Assembly (NCBI GenBank): GCA_963662465.1
Contig: OY759599.1
Span: forward strand, 160,001-224,000
Reading direction: 5' to 3'
From: Desulfatiglandales bacterium
GTDB lineage: Bacteria; Desulfobacterota; DSM-4660; Desulfatiglandales; Desulfatiglandaceae
Length of the DNA: 64,000 bases
Positions 37,420-47,793 of the stretch are shown here, piece after piece. A program made the translations under genes and the position numbers. The notes beneath the pieces were generated by a model. It searched no databases and was not told where the DNA came from. It was given only the letters and a program-made list of their open reading frames with translations. Positions within the stretch are counted from its first letter, which is position 1. Every line of letters starts with the position of its first letter.

Positions 37420-37806
37420 ATGATCAAATTCCGGTTAAAGATTGCAAGTGCGTATCTGGATGATGCGATGATGCTGTTCAGAGAAAAACGATTTAACAGT
37501 GCTGCCTCAAGAGCCTATTATGCATCCTATCAGGCCATGTGGGCGGCGCTTGGAGAACCGAAAGAGGGAAAAGTCTGGCGGCACCTCGGCATTATAAAGC
37601 ATTTTGTAACAGGATACTGGTTTGAATCGGGTCAAAAAGGGATTGGCCCCGGTTTGCTGGAGGAAAAACGGCTGCCGTTGAGGAGGCTATATTCCTACCG
37701 TATCAGAAGCGATTATGAAGCAACGTTTGTAGATGAAGATCAGTTGGCGGGTCTTCTGGAAATTGTAAGGCAGGTTATTCAATTCATTGAAGAAAAAGTG
37801 AGGTGA
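37420..37806 (+). CDS. HEPN domain protein
   Basis: SAASRAYYASYQA, HLGII, RIRSDY. Confidence 0.85.
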   Translation: MIKFRLKIASAYLDDAMMLFREKRFNSAASRAYYASYQAMWAALGEPKEGKVWRHLGIIKHFVTGYWFESGQKGIGPGLLEEKRLPLRRLYSYRIRSDYEATFVDEDQLAGLLEIVRQVIQFIEEKVR

Positions 37807-37810
37807 GCAA

Positions 37811-38086
37811 ATGCTGGAAGCGAAAACCCTGGATAAGCGTCTGGCCGAAGCAGTTGCCAGGTTTGTCGATGCACTTCACCATATGTATCCGGGAATCAAT
37901 ATAAAGCCTATTGCCGGTTTTGAAGAAGAAGACTTCACGTTTGAGGTCGCAATTCCGAGAAGCCTTTCCCTCGAAGATGTTCTTGAGGATTGTCACAAGG
38001 AATGTATTAAGGTAGAGGATGAATACGATCTCTTTATTCTTCCCCATGTCATCTATGAGGGTGATCGAAAAATGCATGTTGTTTGA
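37811..38086 (+). CDS. Small acidic protein, possible HEPN partner
   Basis: GAGG RBS, 4 nt after the HEPN stop; EEEDFTFEV; lacks the canonical GS..DxD nucleotidyltransferase motif. Confidence 0.6.
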   Translation: MLEAKTLDKRLAEAVARFVDALHHMYPGINIKPIAGFEEEDFTFEVAIPRSLSLEDVLEDCHKECIKVEDEYDLFILPHVIYEGDRKMHVV

Positions 38087-38433
38087 GAAGGACAGCATAA
38101 GGCTTGCTTTTACCACAAACTCCAAGTGGTAAAAGAGGCACTCTGGAAGGGAAGGACTTCGGCAAGAACCGACCAAACGTAAGCTCAAACAGGTCGAAAG
38201 TTTCAGAGATCGTCATTGGGCAGCAATATGCTTCAGAGGCATGGCAAATGCCAGAAATTTTGTGCCATTTATGTCTGGGGCAAAAAATGCGCACAAAAGT
38301 CCATTTATGTTGGCAAACGGAGAAACATATGACTTGCCATGGATTCAAGTTATGAACATGCATAATGCTTTCCTGTTTAATGATGCTTGAGAGCAATATT
38401 GCTCTCGCATATACTTATAGACCTGTGCCGTCA

Positions 38434-38765
38434 TTGTAAATACGAGGGATGCCATTGAAGCTGTGCGCCTGTGCGAAGATGCCGGCGGCGTTATTGAAGT
38501 GCTAACTCGCGTCGGTAAAACCGTCCCCACTGATGTCAAAATTCTCATCAAGGATACCGGATGCGGGATTAAGGCCGATGTGGATAAAATTTTCGACCCG
38601 TTTTTCACCACTAAAGAAGTCGGAAAGGGAACCGGGCTCGGGTTATCAATTAGCTATGGGATCATCAACGCGCACAAAGGCAAAATTGAAGTGACCGAAA
38701 CCGGCCCGGCTGGGACGATATTCCGCATTGCGTTACCGGCCATAATTCCCCTGAACGAAAAATGA
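38434..38765 (+). pseudogene. Histidine kinase HATPase_c remnant
   Basis: NTRDAI, DTGCGI, IFDPFFTTKEVGKGTGLGLS; no N-terminal part. Confidence 0.8.
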
Positions 38766-38816
38766 AAGGGGATTTCGGAGCCCTCGCTCACTAACCTGGG
38801 CCGGTAAGGGCGAGAC

Positions 38817-40391
38817 TTACTGAATCACCAGGTTCCAGCCGGAAATGACCCCTTTCAAAATACTTAAGGATTTAACGTTTGAAAATGAAGTTCTTGTCGT
38901 GAATGCGGCATCCCATCCTCCATCCAGGTCGATGTGCTTGTCGCTGTTCAGGACCAGGTCCTCATCATAGGCTCCCTGTTCCACTTTCAGGGTATAAGAG
39001 ATTCCCCCCGCCCAATCAAGGCCTTCCTGGATGCTGGAATAGCAGGGGGTGTGCTTTCCACATAGCCCGCCGGGTGAAATGTAGATAATTGCCGCGGATT
39101 CGTATTCATAGGCGCCCATGTCCGGTGCTGTGCCGGAGGGTCTTATGTTTCCTGCGATATCCGGCGTGCAGGAATGGGCAGGTGTGCCGGCGTCAATGGC
39201 CGGACTTCCCGCTTTCAATTGATAATCATTGCCGGCAGGGTTTTGAAAGGTTTCCCAGAGGGCGCCGGTGACCGAATGGTTATCGTAACCCAGGGATTGC
39301 CATTCACTGAAGAGGAACCGGCCGTTGCTTGTTTCGGCTACTTGCCCCTGATTGGGCAGAAGGTTGTAGTTTGAGGTGATTTTCAGTTCGCTGGTGCTGC
39401 TGGTGGAAGAGAAGCTGGGCACGGATCCTTCCGTCAGAATAATATTGTTGTAAAAACTGTTCCGGTTGGCGCCGTAGTTGAGACCGATTCCGTAGTAGGC
39501 GCCGTCGGGCGTGATGATGGTATTCTGGTAGGCTTCATTGTCGTTTGAGGGGACGGCGCCGTCCTGTTGGAAAAAGGCGATACCCCTGAATTTGTTGTCG
39601 TAAACCAGGTTGTTTCGGAAGGTGGACCAGGTGACGCCGTCCAGGTTTATTCCCGTGGCATTGTTGTTGTGTATCCAGTTGCCGTCCACCATGGCGTAAG
39701 AGATGGTGCCGTCTCCCCCCGAGCTGATATCTCCGTTCATGTGAAGTCCGATGGCTGTGTTGTCATGGAGCCGGTTGTTTTTAATGGTGGGATAATCAGA
39801 GCTGTCGGCCACGTAGATGCCGATGGCCCCGTTAAAGGCCTCGTTGTTTTCAAAGGTTACGCAGTCGCTCAGGGAGCAGAATAGATTGGCATGATTTGCG
39901 CCTGATACGGTGTTGTTGCGAATGATGCAGCCTTTGGCATGGGTCAACCGAATTCCCCGGCTGTTGGGATCCAAGGAAGCATAGACCGTCAGGTTGTCAA
40001 TGATGATGTAATCAGCAAAAAATATTTCCAGACCGTTTCGGCCGGCATATGCTGTTAGATCAACCACTACACCTGTGCCATTCCCCTTGAATGTAATGGG
40101 ATTTCCAGCGGTTCCGGAGGTGGTGATGCTGATTTGTTGAGACGCTGAATAGATTCCGGGATTGATTAGCACCGTGTCTCCCGCTACGACCGTTTCCACG
40201 GCGTGGTGGATGGTTTTCCATGGTCTGTCCGATGCCCCGTCGTTTGCATCGTTCCCGTTGTTGTCGACATAGTAGGTGGCGCCGCCTGCTGATTCCAAAG
40301 CAAGGGTATATGACTTTTGAGCCGCTCCCGCTGTGAGCAGAACTAAAAACAGGCAAGTCAATACGCGCATTAGGTTTGCGGTAATTCTCAT
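38817..40391 (-). CDS. Secreted right-handed parallel beta-helix repeat protein
   Basis: Signal peptide, TYYVDNNGND…PWKTI, Asn-rich repeats, SPAIDAG…PDMGAYE; start uncertain. Confidence 0.85.
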   Translation of the reverse strand: MRITANLMRVLTCLFLVLLTAGAAQKSYTLALESAGGATYYVDNNGNDANDGASDRPWKTIHHAVETVVAGDTVLINPGIYSASQQISITTSGTAGNPITFKGNGTGVVVDLTAYAGRNGLEIFFADYIIIDNLTVYASLDPNSRGIRLTHAKGCIIRNNTVSGANHANLFCSLSDCVTFENNEAFNGAIGIYVADSSDYPTIKNNRLHDNTAIGLHMNGDISSGGDGTISYAMVDGNWIHNNNATGINLDGVTWSTFRNNLVYDNKFRGIAFFQQDGAVPSNDNEAYQNTIITPDGAYYGIGLNYGANRNSFYNNIILTEGSVPSFSSTSSTSELKITSNYNLLPNQGQVAETSNGRFLFSEWQSLGYDNHSVTGALWETFQNPAGNDYQLKAGSPAIDAGTPAHSCTPDIAGNIRPSGTAPDMGAYEYESAAIIYISPGGLCGKHTPCYSSIQEGLDWAGGISYTLKVEQGAYDEDLVLNSDKHIDLDGGWDAAFTTRTSFSNVKSLSILKGVISGWNLVIQ

Positions 40392-40408
40392 CTTGGAATG
40401 ATAACCTC

Positions 40409-40468
40409 GTGGGAGCGGCTTTCCTGCCGCGAAAAGTCGCGGCAGGATGCCGTTCGTACAGCGTTTTG
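40409..40468 (+). repeat. GTGG-type REP hairpin
   Basis: GTGGGAGCGGCTTTCCTGCCGCGA-AAAG-TCGCGGCAGGATGCCG. Confidence 0.7.
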
Positions 40469-40541
40469 AAACAAACACAGCGTCTATCGAGAATCGCGGT
40501 AATTTGCGGGATGTCTTGGCGGCATTCCCGCGGTTACCAAC

Positions 40542-41207
40542 TTAAATGCCGACTTCGGTTTTGAACCGGTCAATACCCATGTCTTCGATCACTTTGGTAA
40601 GCCGCTGTTTTTTGGGAAAGTCCTTATACCAGTTCATGATTTTATCAATGGCGGCCAATGCTTCATCATCTGATAATTCCTCCGCCACGGGTTGCGCAAG
40701 GGCCGGCTTGGATGCGGCGTTGCCGCCCACCACCAGTTTCCATCCTTTTTTGGCGCCAATGAGGCCCAAATCCTTTATGTAGGACTCGGCACAACAATTC
40801 TGGCAGCCGGAAACGCCCATTTTAAATTTGCTCGGCAACTGCATCCCGCAATAGAGTTCGTCCAGTTTGATGCCCATGGTTACGGCGTCCTGAAGCCCCA
40901 GTTTGCAGAAAGTCGTTCCCGGGCAGAGTTTTACGCTGCGAACACATAACCCCACCGGGTTTGCGGATTGCATGCCCAATTCTTCCCAAATGGCGTCAAT
41001 GTCTTCTTCTTTGATGCCCACAAGAGCAATTCTGGCGGCGCTGGTGAGTTTGACGGCTGCCAGTGCATATTTTTCAGAGATGTCCGCGATTTTTCGCAGA
41101 ACTTCCGGCGTACAAAGGCCGCCCTTGATGTCCGGTACGATGGCGTAGGTTTCGCCATCTCTTTGAATCAGTGCGCCTTTTTCAAGAATGCTTTTTTTGT
41201 TTCCCAA
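40542..41207 (-). CDS. Nitrite/sulfite reductase ferredoxin + 4Fe-4S domain protein
   Basis: LIQRDGETYAIVP, VRSVKLCPGTTFC, KFKMGVSGCQNCC. Confidence 0.88.
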   Translation of the reverse strand: MGNKKSILEKGALIQRDGETYAIVPDIKGGLCTPEVLRKIADISEKYALAAVKLTSAARIALVGIKEEDIDAIWEELGMQSANPVGLCVRSVKLCPGTTFCKLGLQDAVTMGIKLDELYCGMQLPSKFKMGVSGCQNCCAESYIKDLGLIGAKKGWKLVVGGNAASKPALAQPVAEELSDDEALAAIDKIMNWYKDFPKKQRLTKVIEDMGIDRFKTEVGI

Positions 41208-41232
41208 TTTTTTTCTCCTTTCTTATTTGTTT

Positions 41233-42693
41233 TTACAGGAGTGGCCCCACAAGTTGAGCCGCGTTTTCCATAAATCGCTGAACCATCGAACGTTTTCGCC
41301 ATTGTTCCAGATCAAGCCGGGTGGAATTAGAGATATACTTCATCTGCATGTCCCGCACCTGTTCCGTAAACGCCAGGTCATATATAAAAAGAGAGACTTC
41401 AAAGTTAAGCCAGAGGCTGCGCATGTCAAGATTGACCGTGCCGAACACGCAGATCTCATCGTCCACCGTAATGGATTTGGTATGCAGCAATCCTCCGTTA
41501 AATGCCGCGATGGTGACCCCCGCACGCATGAGGTCGTCAAAAAGAGAGCGACTGGCGTAATGGACCAACCTTGAGTCCACTTCCGCGGGTACCACGATGG
41601 TGACGTCCACGTGGCGATGGGCTGCGGAAATAATGGCGGTCAGGAGTGCATCATCGGGTACGAAATAGGGTGTTGTCAGCACCAGTTTTTTTCGGGCGCC
41701 GTAGATGGTGGTCAGTAGGAGCTGATGAATGATTTCCGGTCTGATGGCAGGTCCCGAAGGGACCACCTGAACCGGCGTGGCGCCTTTTTTGGCGAGGGAG
41801 CGAATGTCGCTTGTTTCTTCAAGGGCTTTCAGGCCTTCACCCGTATCCAGTTCCCAATCCTCGATAAAGGTTCCGGCAAGGGCCTCCACGCTGGGGCCTT
41901 CCATGCGAACCATGGCGTCGATCCATTGACCCACGCCCTCGTTCTGCTTGAAAAATCGTGGGTCCACCAGATTCTGACTTCCCGTATAGGCAATTTCTCC
42001 ATCGATCACAACGATTTTTCGATGATTGCGTAGATCCGCCCTGGTCATCAGCAGACGCAGGGGACCGACCGGAAGGGATGCCACAACCTGAATGTCTGCA
42101 TCCCGAAGCTGTTGGGCCAGTTCGCTCCTGAGAAAGTCTTTGCTGCCGACGGCATCCACCAGCACCCGACAGATTACGCCTCGCCCTGCAGCCCGAATCA
42201 ACGATTTTGCCACGTCGTCGGCTTTTCCGCCCACGGTCCAGATATAAAATTCCAGGTGACAGGTGCTTTTTGCCTGGTCCACATCTTTAATGATGGCGGC
42301 GAAAACCGACTCAAAATGGTCCATGAGATGCATTTTGTTGCCGCTCATGGTCGGAAACCCCGCCACGGTTTCGGCGTGAAGCTGGATGGCTTTCATTTCG
42401 TTGTGCCCCGCGGGCGGCTTCTCCCGAGAAGCCCGCTTTTGAAGCGTTATCTGCCAGACTCGGTATAAATCATGGATTTTTGCCGCACGGGCGAGATATT
42501 TCTCGCCGATGCGGTTTTCGCCAATAAAAAAATAGAAAAGAGCGCCCGCAAAAGGGATGCTGAAAATGACCGTGAGCCATGCCAGGGATACCCCCACGGG
42601 TCGCCGTCGCATGATGACGCGGATGGAAAGCCCGATGACAATCAGCCAGTGGGCTGTAAAAAACAAGGTGGTGGTTAGGGTGAAATCATTCAT
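41233..42693 (-). CDS. cls: Cardiolipin synthase
   Basis: Two N-terminal TMs; RNHRKIVVID and LLHTKSITVD HKD motifs. Confidence 0.95.
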   Translation of the reverse strand: MNDFTLTTTLFFTAHWLIVIGLSIRVIMRRRPVGVSLAWLTVIFSIPFAGALFYFFIGENRIGEKYLARAAKIHDLYRVWQITLQKRASREKPPAGHNEMKAIQLHAETVAGFPTMSGNKMHLMDHFESVFAAIIKDVDQAKSTCHLEFYIWTVGGKADDVAKSLIRAAGRGVICRVLVDAVGSKDFLRSELAQQLRDADIQVVASLPVGPLRLLMTRADLRNHRKIVVIDGEIAYTGSQNLVDPRFFKQNEGVGQWIDAMVRMEGPSVEALAGTFIEDWELDTGEGLKALEETSDIRSLAKKGATPVQVVPSGPAIRPEIIHQLLLTTIYGARKKLVLTTPYFVPDDALLTAIISAAHRHVDVTIVVPAEVDSRLVHYASRSLFDDLMRAGVTIAAFNGGLLHTKSITVDDEICVFGTVNLDMRSLWLNFEVSLFIYDLAFTEQVRDMQMKYISNSTRLDLEQWRKRSMVQRFMENAAQLVGPLL

Positions 42694-44756
42694 GATATGG
42701 GTTTATCCAGTTCTGTTCTGACTGCAAAGCCTATCTTTTCCATGGCGTAGGGCTTTTTCACGTATTCCCCCGCGCCCAGGCGCTGGGCCTCTTTTACCCT
42801 CCATGTTTCTGAAAATCCGCTCGCAATAATGGCTTTTTGCTCCGGTTTCCATTTGATGATTTCCCGGAAGGTCTCCAGCCCATCCATGCCTCCCATAATC
42901 ATATCGAGTACCAGCAGATCAACGGAATTTTTCTTGATGTATTCAATCGCATCCTCTCCGCACGAAACGGTCTCAACCCGGTACCCGAGGTTTGACAAAA
43001 TAGCAGCGGCAATCATCCGCTGCTCTTCCAGATCATCCACAACGAGAACGGATTCACCATGCCCCCTGTAGTCGTCAATGGCAACCGTTGACTTTCCATG
43101 GGGTAAATCTCCCCTGTTTGCGGGAAAATACAAGGTGAAAACACTCCCTTTTCCTTCGAGGCTCTGAACATCGATATATCCGCCATGGTCTTTGACGGTT
43201 CCCCAGACCACCGCCATCCCCAGGCCGGTTCCGCTTCTCCCCATGACTTTCTTGGTATAAAAGGGCTCAAATATTTGTTTTATATCCTGGGGAGAAATGC
43301 CGACGCCTGAATCGGCTACGGTGAGGACCACATAGTCGCCTTCTTTCACTTTATCGAAGCCTTTCACGGGTCGGTCAACATGTCGGTTTTCCGTTGAAAT
43401 ACGGACCTTCCCACCGTCGGGCATGGCCTCCACCGCATTGGAAATCAAGTTCATGACCGTCTTGGAAAGATGAACCGGCGAACCCATGAGATAAAGGAGA
43501 TCGTTCGCGAGGAGAACCTCAATTTCAACGCTGGGATGAAATGAAAGAAGCCGTTGGTATTCCGGACTTCGCAAATGCTCGGTAACGATAGGGTTCAAAT
43601 CAACCACTTCTCTCGGCGCGGCGCCTCTTCTGGCCAGGGTGAGAAGATCCTGCACAATGGCGGCGGCTCTTTCTCCGGATTTTCGGATGGTGGAGATCGG
43701 TTTTCGCAAAGGGCTGTCCTCCGGTAAATCCAGTAACAGGATTTCCGGATAGGTCACGATTCCCGAAAGGATATTGTTCAAGTCATGGGCGACGCCCCCG
43801 GCAAGTGTGCCGATGGCTTCCATTTTTTCAGACCGCTGAAGTCTGGCTTCAAGTTCACGTTTCTCCATATCGGCCAGTTTCCTTTCGGTGATATCCTTCA
43901 CCGTTCCGATGCTCGCAATCTTATCTTTATAAGTGATGGTATCGATGTTGATATTCAGATAAACACGGGTTTTGCCATCCTTGTGAAGCATTCGGAATTC
44001 GTATTCCTTTTCCACTTTTTCTCCGGCCTGTCGCCGGCTGTTACGCTCTGCCAGGATGTTCCGGTCTTCCGGCGCCACAAGCTTTTGAAATTCCATCCCG
44101 ATGATTTCCGCCAATGGGTGCCCGGACATCTTGGCCAGGGCATCATTTGCAAACAAAAATTTGTTGTCTTGAATAATAAAGACACCATCCTGGATATTTT
44201 CAATGAGGGTGCGGTATTTTTCCTCGGACTGTTTTATGGCCTCCTGTGTTTTGGCGCGTTCTTTGATTTCCTCATGAACACTTTTGATCATCTGATTGGT
44301 CACATGCTTGAGAGATTCCAGGAGTTCCACAGTGGAGTCTCCTCGAACCCGTGCCGTCAGGTCACCCCTTGTGAGACGGTGCATTACATCGAAATGCTCG
44401 GCCAGTCCCATGGCAAACTCGTGGGACAGGTCCACCATCTCTCCCAGATTCTCGGCGGTTTTGTTGACAAGTTGCTTCAACTTGGAAATCAGTTCAAGAC
44501 TGGAATTTTCAGAGATCCTGACCATGGGATCTCCGGAAGAAATCTTCTTCAAAGCTTCGAAAACTTCTGAAAGCCCCAACGCCATTTCCATGCTGATGGT
44601 TTCCAGTTCTCGATCCCTTTTTTCAAGTGTCTTCTTTGCTTCTAAAAACTGCTCGGAAACGGTTTTGTAAGATGGTTCCATGGCTGCGAAATCCATATTT
44701 TCAGGGTTGCTTGTGACAATGCACTGCCGGCTTTCCAAGCAAAATTCCCAGTTCAT
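42690..44756 (-). CDS. Soluble hybrid histidine kinase (HAMP-like repeats, PAS, HisKA, HATPase, REC)
   Basis: AHDLNNIL, FEPFYTKKVMGRSGTGLG, LVVDD, LDMIM; no TM segment. Confidence 0.93.
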   Translation of the reverse strand: MNWEFCLESRQCIVTSNPENMDFAAMEPSYKTVSEQFLEAKKTLEKRDRELETISMEMALGLSEVFEALKKISSGDPMVRISENSSLELISKLKQLVNKTAENLGEMVDLSHEFAMGLAEHFDVMHRLTRGDLTARVRGDSTVELLESLKHVTNQMIKSVHEEIKERAKTQEAIKQSEEKYRTLIENIQDGVFIIQDNKFLFANDALAKMSGHPLAEIIGMEFQKLVAPEDRNILAERNSRRQAGEKVEKEYEFRMLHKDGKTRVYLNINIDTITYKDKIASIGTVKDITERKLADMEKRELEARLQRSEKMEAIGTLAGGVAHDLNNILSGIVTYPEILLLDLPEDSPLRKPISTIRKSGERAAAIVQDLLTLARRGAAPREVVDLNPIVTEHLRSPEYQRLLSFHPSVEIEVLLANDLLYLMGSPVHLSKTVMNLISNAVEAMPDGGKVRISTENRHVDRPVKGFDKVKEGDYVVLTVADSGVGISPQDIKQIFEPFYTKKVMGRSGTGLGMAVVWGTVKDHGGYIDVQSLEGKGSVFTLYFPANRGDLPHGKSTVAIDDYRGHGESVLVVDDLEEQRMIAAAILSNLGYRVETVSCGEDAIEYIKKNSVDLLVLDMIMGGMDGLETFREIIKWKPEQKAIIASGFSETWRVKEAQRLGAGEYVKKPYAMEKIGFAVRTELDKPIS

Positions 44757-44980
44757 TCGAACCGGATCTGTATCCTTTTCTTGCCGCCCCCCTCATCCCT
44801 GATGGAAAGGAACGTTTTCCCCAACCGTTCACACCATACACGCACATCCCTTTCAAAGGTCGGGCAGTCTCCCAATACCTCGAGGATATCGCCGGGGTTC
44901 ATGTCCGGGGCCTTTACCGCAATCTTAAGAACGGGCTGCGGGCATTTCATCCCCAGCATATCCAAAATTTCAATGGCCAT
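44753..44980 (-). CDS. tusA: TusA-family sulfur carrier
   Basis: LDMLGMKCPQP motif. Confidence 0.9.
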   Translation of the reverse strand: MAIEILDMLGMKCPQPVLKIAVKAPDMNPGDILEVLGDCPTFERDVRVWCERLGKTFLSIRDEGGGKKRIQIRFE

Positions 44981-45002
44981 GTTATAATCTCCTTATAAAC
45001 AA

Positions 45003-46388
45003 TCAGTGGGTCGCACATGCCAGACACGGATCATAGGCCCGATAAGCCATCTCAATCCGGTTCAGAATCGCATCTGAAACGTTTCCTTCTTTGATGAATG
45101 CTCGGGCCGCTTTTAGAACGGACAGGTTTATGGCGCCTGCATTGTTCTGGGTGGCGACAATCAGATTCAGTCTCTTCAGGATGGCCGCTTCATCCGTTTC
45201 ATAGTGATGAATCAGGGTGCCTCTCGGGGCTTCGCAGATCCCCACCCCTTCATGAGGAAGCTGCTCCGGAATATTTCTGACGTTCGGATCGGTCAGTCGA
45301 TCATCTGAAGCAATTTCAGTCATCCGCTCCGCCGCAAATAAAACTTCAATCAGCCGCGCCCAGTGATACAGAAGGGTATTGTGAGCGGGTTTTCCCCCAC
45401 ATGCCGCAAACATCCGGTCATAGGCCTGTTGTGCCAAAGGCGTTGCCATGCCGTCTGATGCGTTCAACCTGGCAAGGGGACCCACTCTGTACAATCCGCT
45501 TTCCTCACCATCAGACAGGCCATGCCATCCGACGCTTTTCAGATAGAGGGTTTTCATATAACTCCAGGCATCCACTCGTTCTTCCAGATGCTTCACATAA
45601 TCTCCCGCACCAAATTTTTCAAACTCACCGCCTTGGGGATCGACAACCCGTATGTCGCCATCATAGAAACTCACGTGATTTTTCCGGTCAACCATGCCCA
45701 TGTAATAGGTTTGAAGGGAAAATATTTCCGAATGCATCAGCTCAACATATTCCCGGTCTGTCAGAACCTCTTCTTCAAAAATATTCAGGCACAATTGCGC
45801 AAACACCAGCGCATCCCTGGCAATTTCTTTTATCCCGGCTCGTTCTTCTTCGGATACCGGTTTTGACACGCCGCCTGGGAGCCCGCAAACCGGATAGAGC
45901 GGACTGCCACTGATCAGGGTGTTGAGCCCGCGAACACGCTTTCGAATCTCAATCACCTGTTTTCCGATTTTTTTCCCCAGTTTCCCAATCACCCCGAAAA
46001 TATTTTTCCCTAACCCCTCGTCATGAGACCCAATCAAAAGATCCGGTCCCCCGAGATAGAAAAAATGCAGGAGATGGTCTTCATAGATGAAGGCCGTGTG
46101 CATCAATTCCCTGATTTTTTTTGCCGCCGCCGTGGGTTCCACGTCAAAGAGAGCGTCCAGTGTCTTTACGGATGCGATATGATGTGCCGTGGGGCATACC
46201 CCGCAAATCTTCTGGGTCAGGGTGGGCATTTCCTCCGCGGCTCTGCCTTCGCAGAATTTCTCAAACCCCCTGAACTCCGGAACCTGGAAAAAAGCATGAT
46301 CAACCCGGCCCAGAGCGTCAAGGCGTATCTCGATATTTCCATGCCCTTCAATCCGGGTCACCGGATCTATGATGATTCTGCGGCTCAT
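45003..46388 (-). CDS. mvhA: [NiFe]-hydrogenase large subunit, MvhA-like (group 3c)
   Basis: DPVTRIEGH, KICGVC, EAPRGTLIHHY, DPCLACATH then stop. Confidence 0.92.
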   Translation of the reverse strand: MSRRIIIDPVTRIEGHGNIEIRLDALGRVDHAFFQVPEFRGFEKFCEGRAAEEMPTLTQKICGVCPTAHHIASVKTLDALFDVEPTAAAKKIRELMHTAFIYEDHLLHFFYLGGPDLLIGSHDEGLGKNIFGVIGKLGKKIGKQVIEIRKRVRGLNTLISGSPLYPVCGLPGGVSKPVSEEERAGIKEIARDALVFAQLCLNIFEEEVLTDREYVELMHSEIFSLQTYYMGMVDRKNHVSFYDGDIRVVDPQGGEFEKFGAGDYVKHLEERVDAWSYMKTLYLKSVGWHGLSDGEESGLYRVGPLARLNASDGMATPLAQQAYDRMFAACGGKPAHNTLLYHWARLIEVLFAAERMTEIASDDRLTDPNVRNIPEQLPHEGVGICEAPRGTLIHHYETDEAAILKRLNLIVATQNNAGAINLSVLKAARAFIKEGNVSDAILNRIEMAYRAYDPCLACATH

Positions 46389-47359
46389 ATGTCAGTCCCT
46401 TTTATACTCCCCAGAATGGAGCGGGGCGCACTGTAGCGATAAAAAAGTCCCCCCGGATCAGGAATCGAAGCCGTAATCTCCCTGATTTCATTTTCCTGGT
46501 GGGCATCGATTATGGAAGCCAGAAAAGACACCATGGCGGCCCCATGATCTTCTGTGTTGTCAAGGGGGCCAAAACAGCCCCGACAGGGCATATTGGCCCG
46601 GATACAGCGGCTGCCGCATCCCCCCCTTGTTGCGGGTCCCAGACAGATCAACCCCTGGGGGAGAAAACATTTTTTGGGGTCCCATTCGGTTTCATGCACC
46701 CTTCTGAATCTTTTGACCCGTATGCGCTCAGGGTAGCTGTCCCGGCGGGGACAGGTATGACAAAGCGTCTTCCTGTCGCCGAATACGAAACCTTTTTCCG
46801 GAAGCTTTCCCTCAAGTACCGCTCCTATGGCTTCGCCCACGAGTTCAGGGGGCGGCGGACATCCTGGAATATAACCGTCTACGGCAATAACCTGGTCCAG
46901 GGTCATGACCTTGTCCAAAAGACCGGAAAGTTTCGGCGTTTTCCCTGAATCCGCCACCTGTTTCCCCGGTAGAATGGCCCCCGGGTTTTTGATGGTGGAA
47001 ACTTCCACAAAGGACCGCGTCAGAAGTTCTTGAACACTGTGAAAATTGCCTAGTCCCACAATGCCGCCCAGGTGAGCGCAGGTCCCATGGGCAAAAACGC
47101 GTTTGGATTTTCGACGGAGCAGTTTGGCCATATGAGCCTGCTCATGCGTTCTTATGGCGCCGTTAATCAAGGCTAGATCAATTTCACCATCCCCCAATGC
47201 TTCCACGTCCTTTCGTCTGCCGTCCATGGCCACGGGCCAGAAAACGACGTCTACGCGCATTGAGAGTTCCAGAAGATCTTCGGAAAGATCGATCACCGAT
47301 TCCTCGCATCCGCCGCAACCAGAACACCAGTAAAGGGCAATTTTCGGCTTATTAGACAT
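46385..47359 (-). CDS. mvhG: Hydrogenase small subunit
   Basis: CSGCGGC, PGCPP, CHTC, CLGPATRGGC, CRGCFGP. Confidence 0.92.
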   Translation of the reverse strand: MSNKPKIALYWCSGCGGCEESVIDLSEDLLELSMRVDVVFWPVAMDGRRKDVEALGDGEIDLALINGAIRTHEQAHMAKLLRRKSKRVFAHGTCAHLGGIVGLGNFHSVQELLTRSFVEVSTIKNPGAILPGKQVADSGKTPKLSGLLDKVMTLDQVIAVDGYIPGCPPPPELVGEAIGAVLEGKLPEKGFVFGDRKTLCHTCPRRDSYPERIRVKRFRRVHETEWDPKKCFLPQGLICLGPATRGGCGSRCIRANMPCRGCFGPLDNTEDHGAAMVSFLASIIDAHQENEIREITASIPDPGGLFYRYSAPRSILGSIKGTDI

Positions 47360-47792
47360 GGTTTAAGTGCCCCAGTTCTTTCAATATATTGACCATTTGC
47401 ACAACGATGCGGGCATATTTTTCTCCGTCGTTCGCTGAAACGGAATTGAAGGATATCCTTTCTTTTTCAATGCCGTAGTGTTGGAGGACCTGCTCTAACA
47501 ACGGGATGCGTTTCAATGCCTCAATATTGCCGCTCTTGTAATGGCAATCGCCCGGGGCGCAACCAAGAATCAGAACCCCGTCGGCGCCGAGCCTGAATGC
47601 TTCCAGAACGAATCGGGGATCAACCCGACCACTGCACATGACGCGGATTTCCCGCAGATTGCCGGAGGGAAATTCTTTCCGACTTCTTCCCGCGGCATCG
47701 GCGCCTTCGTAGGAACACCAGTTGCACAGAAAAACGACGACCTTCGGCTCAAAGCTTTGCATGGCGGATCCATTTTCGTCTTCATATTTCAC
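47352..47792 (-). CDS. mvhD: [2Fe-2S] hydrogenase delta subunit
   Basis: FLCNWCSY, MCSGRVD, GADGV, GCAPGDCHY. Confidence 0.95.
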   Translation of the reverse strand: MKYEDENGSAMQSFEPKVVVFLCNWCSYEGADAAGRSRKEFPSGNLREIRVMCSGRVDPRFVLEAFRLGADGVLILGCAPGDCHYKSGNIEALKRIPLLEQVLQHYGIEKERISFNSVSANDGEKYARIVVQMVNILKELGHLNHV

Positions 47793-47793
47793 G

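Larger units (their letters stand above)
37391..38810. mobile_element. Small islet bounded by 19-bp direct repeats at the 3' end of the NtrX-like gene
   Basis: TAACCTGGGCCGGTAAGGG at 37391-37409 and 38792-38810. Confidence 0.7.

Noticed and set aside
45003..45005. Selenocysteine read-through of the mvhA TGA
   Set aside because: The TGA follows the terminal His, not a Cys position, and another stop follows seven codons later.
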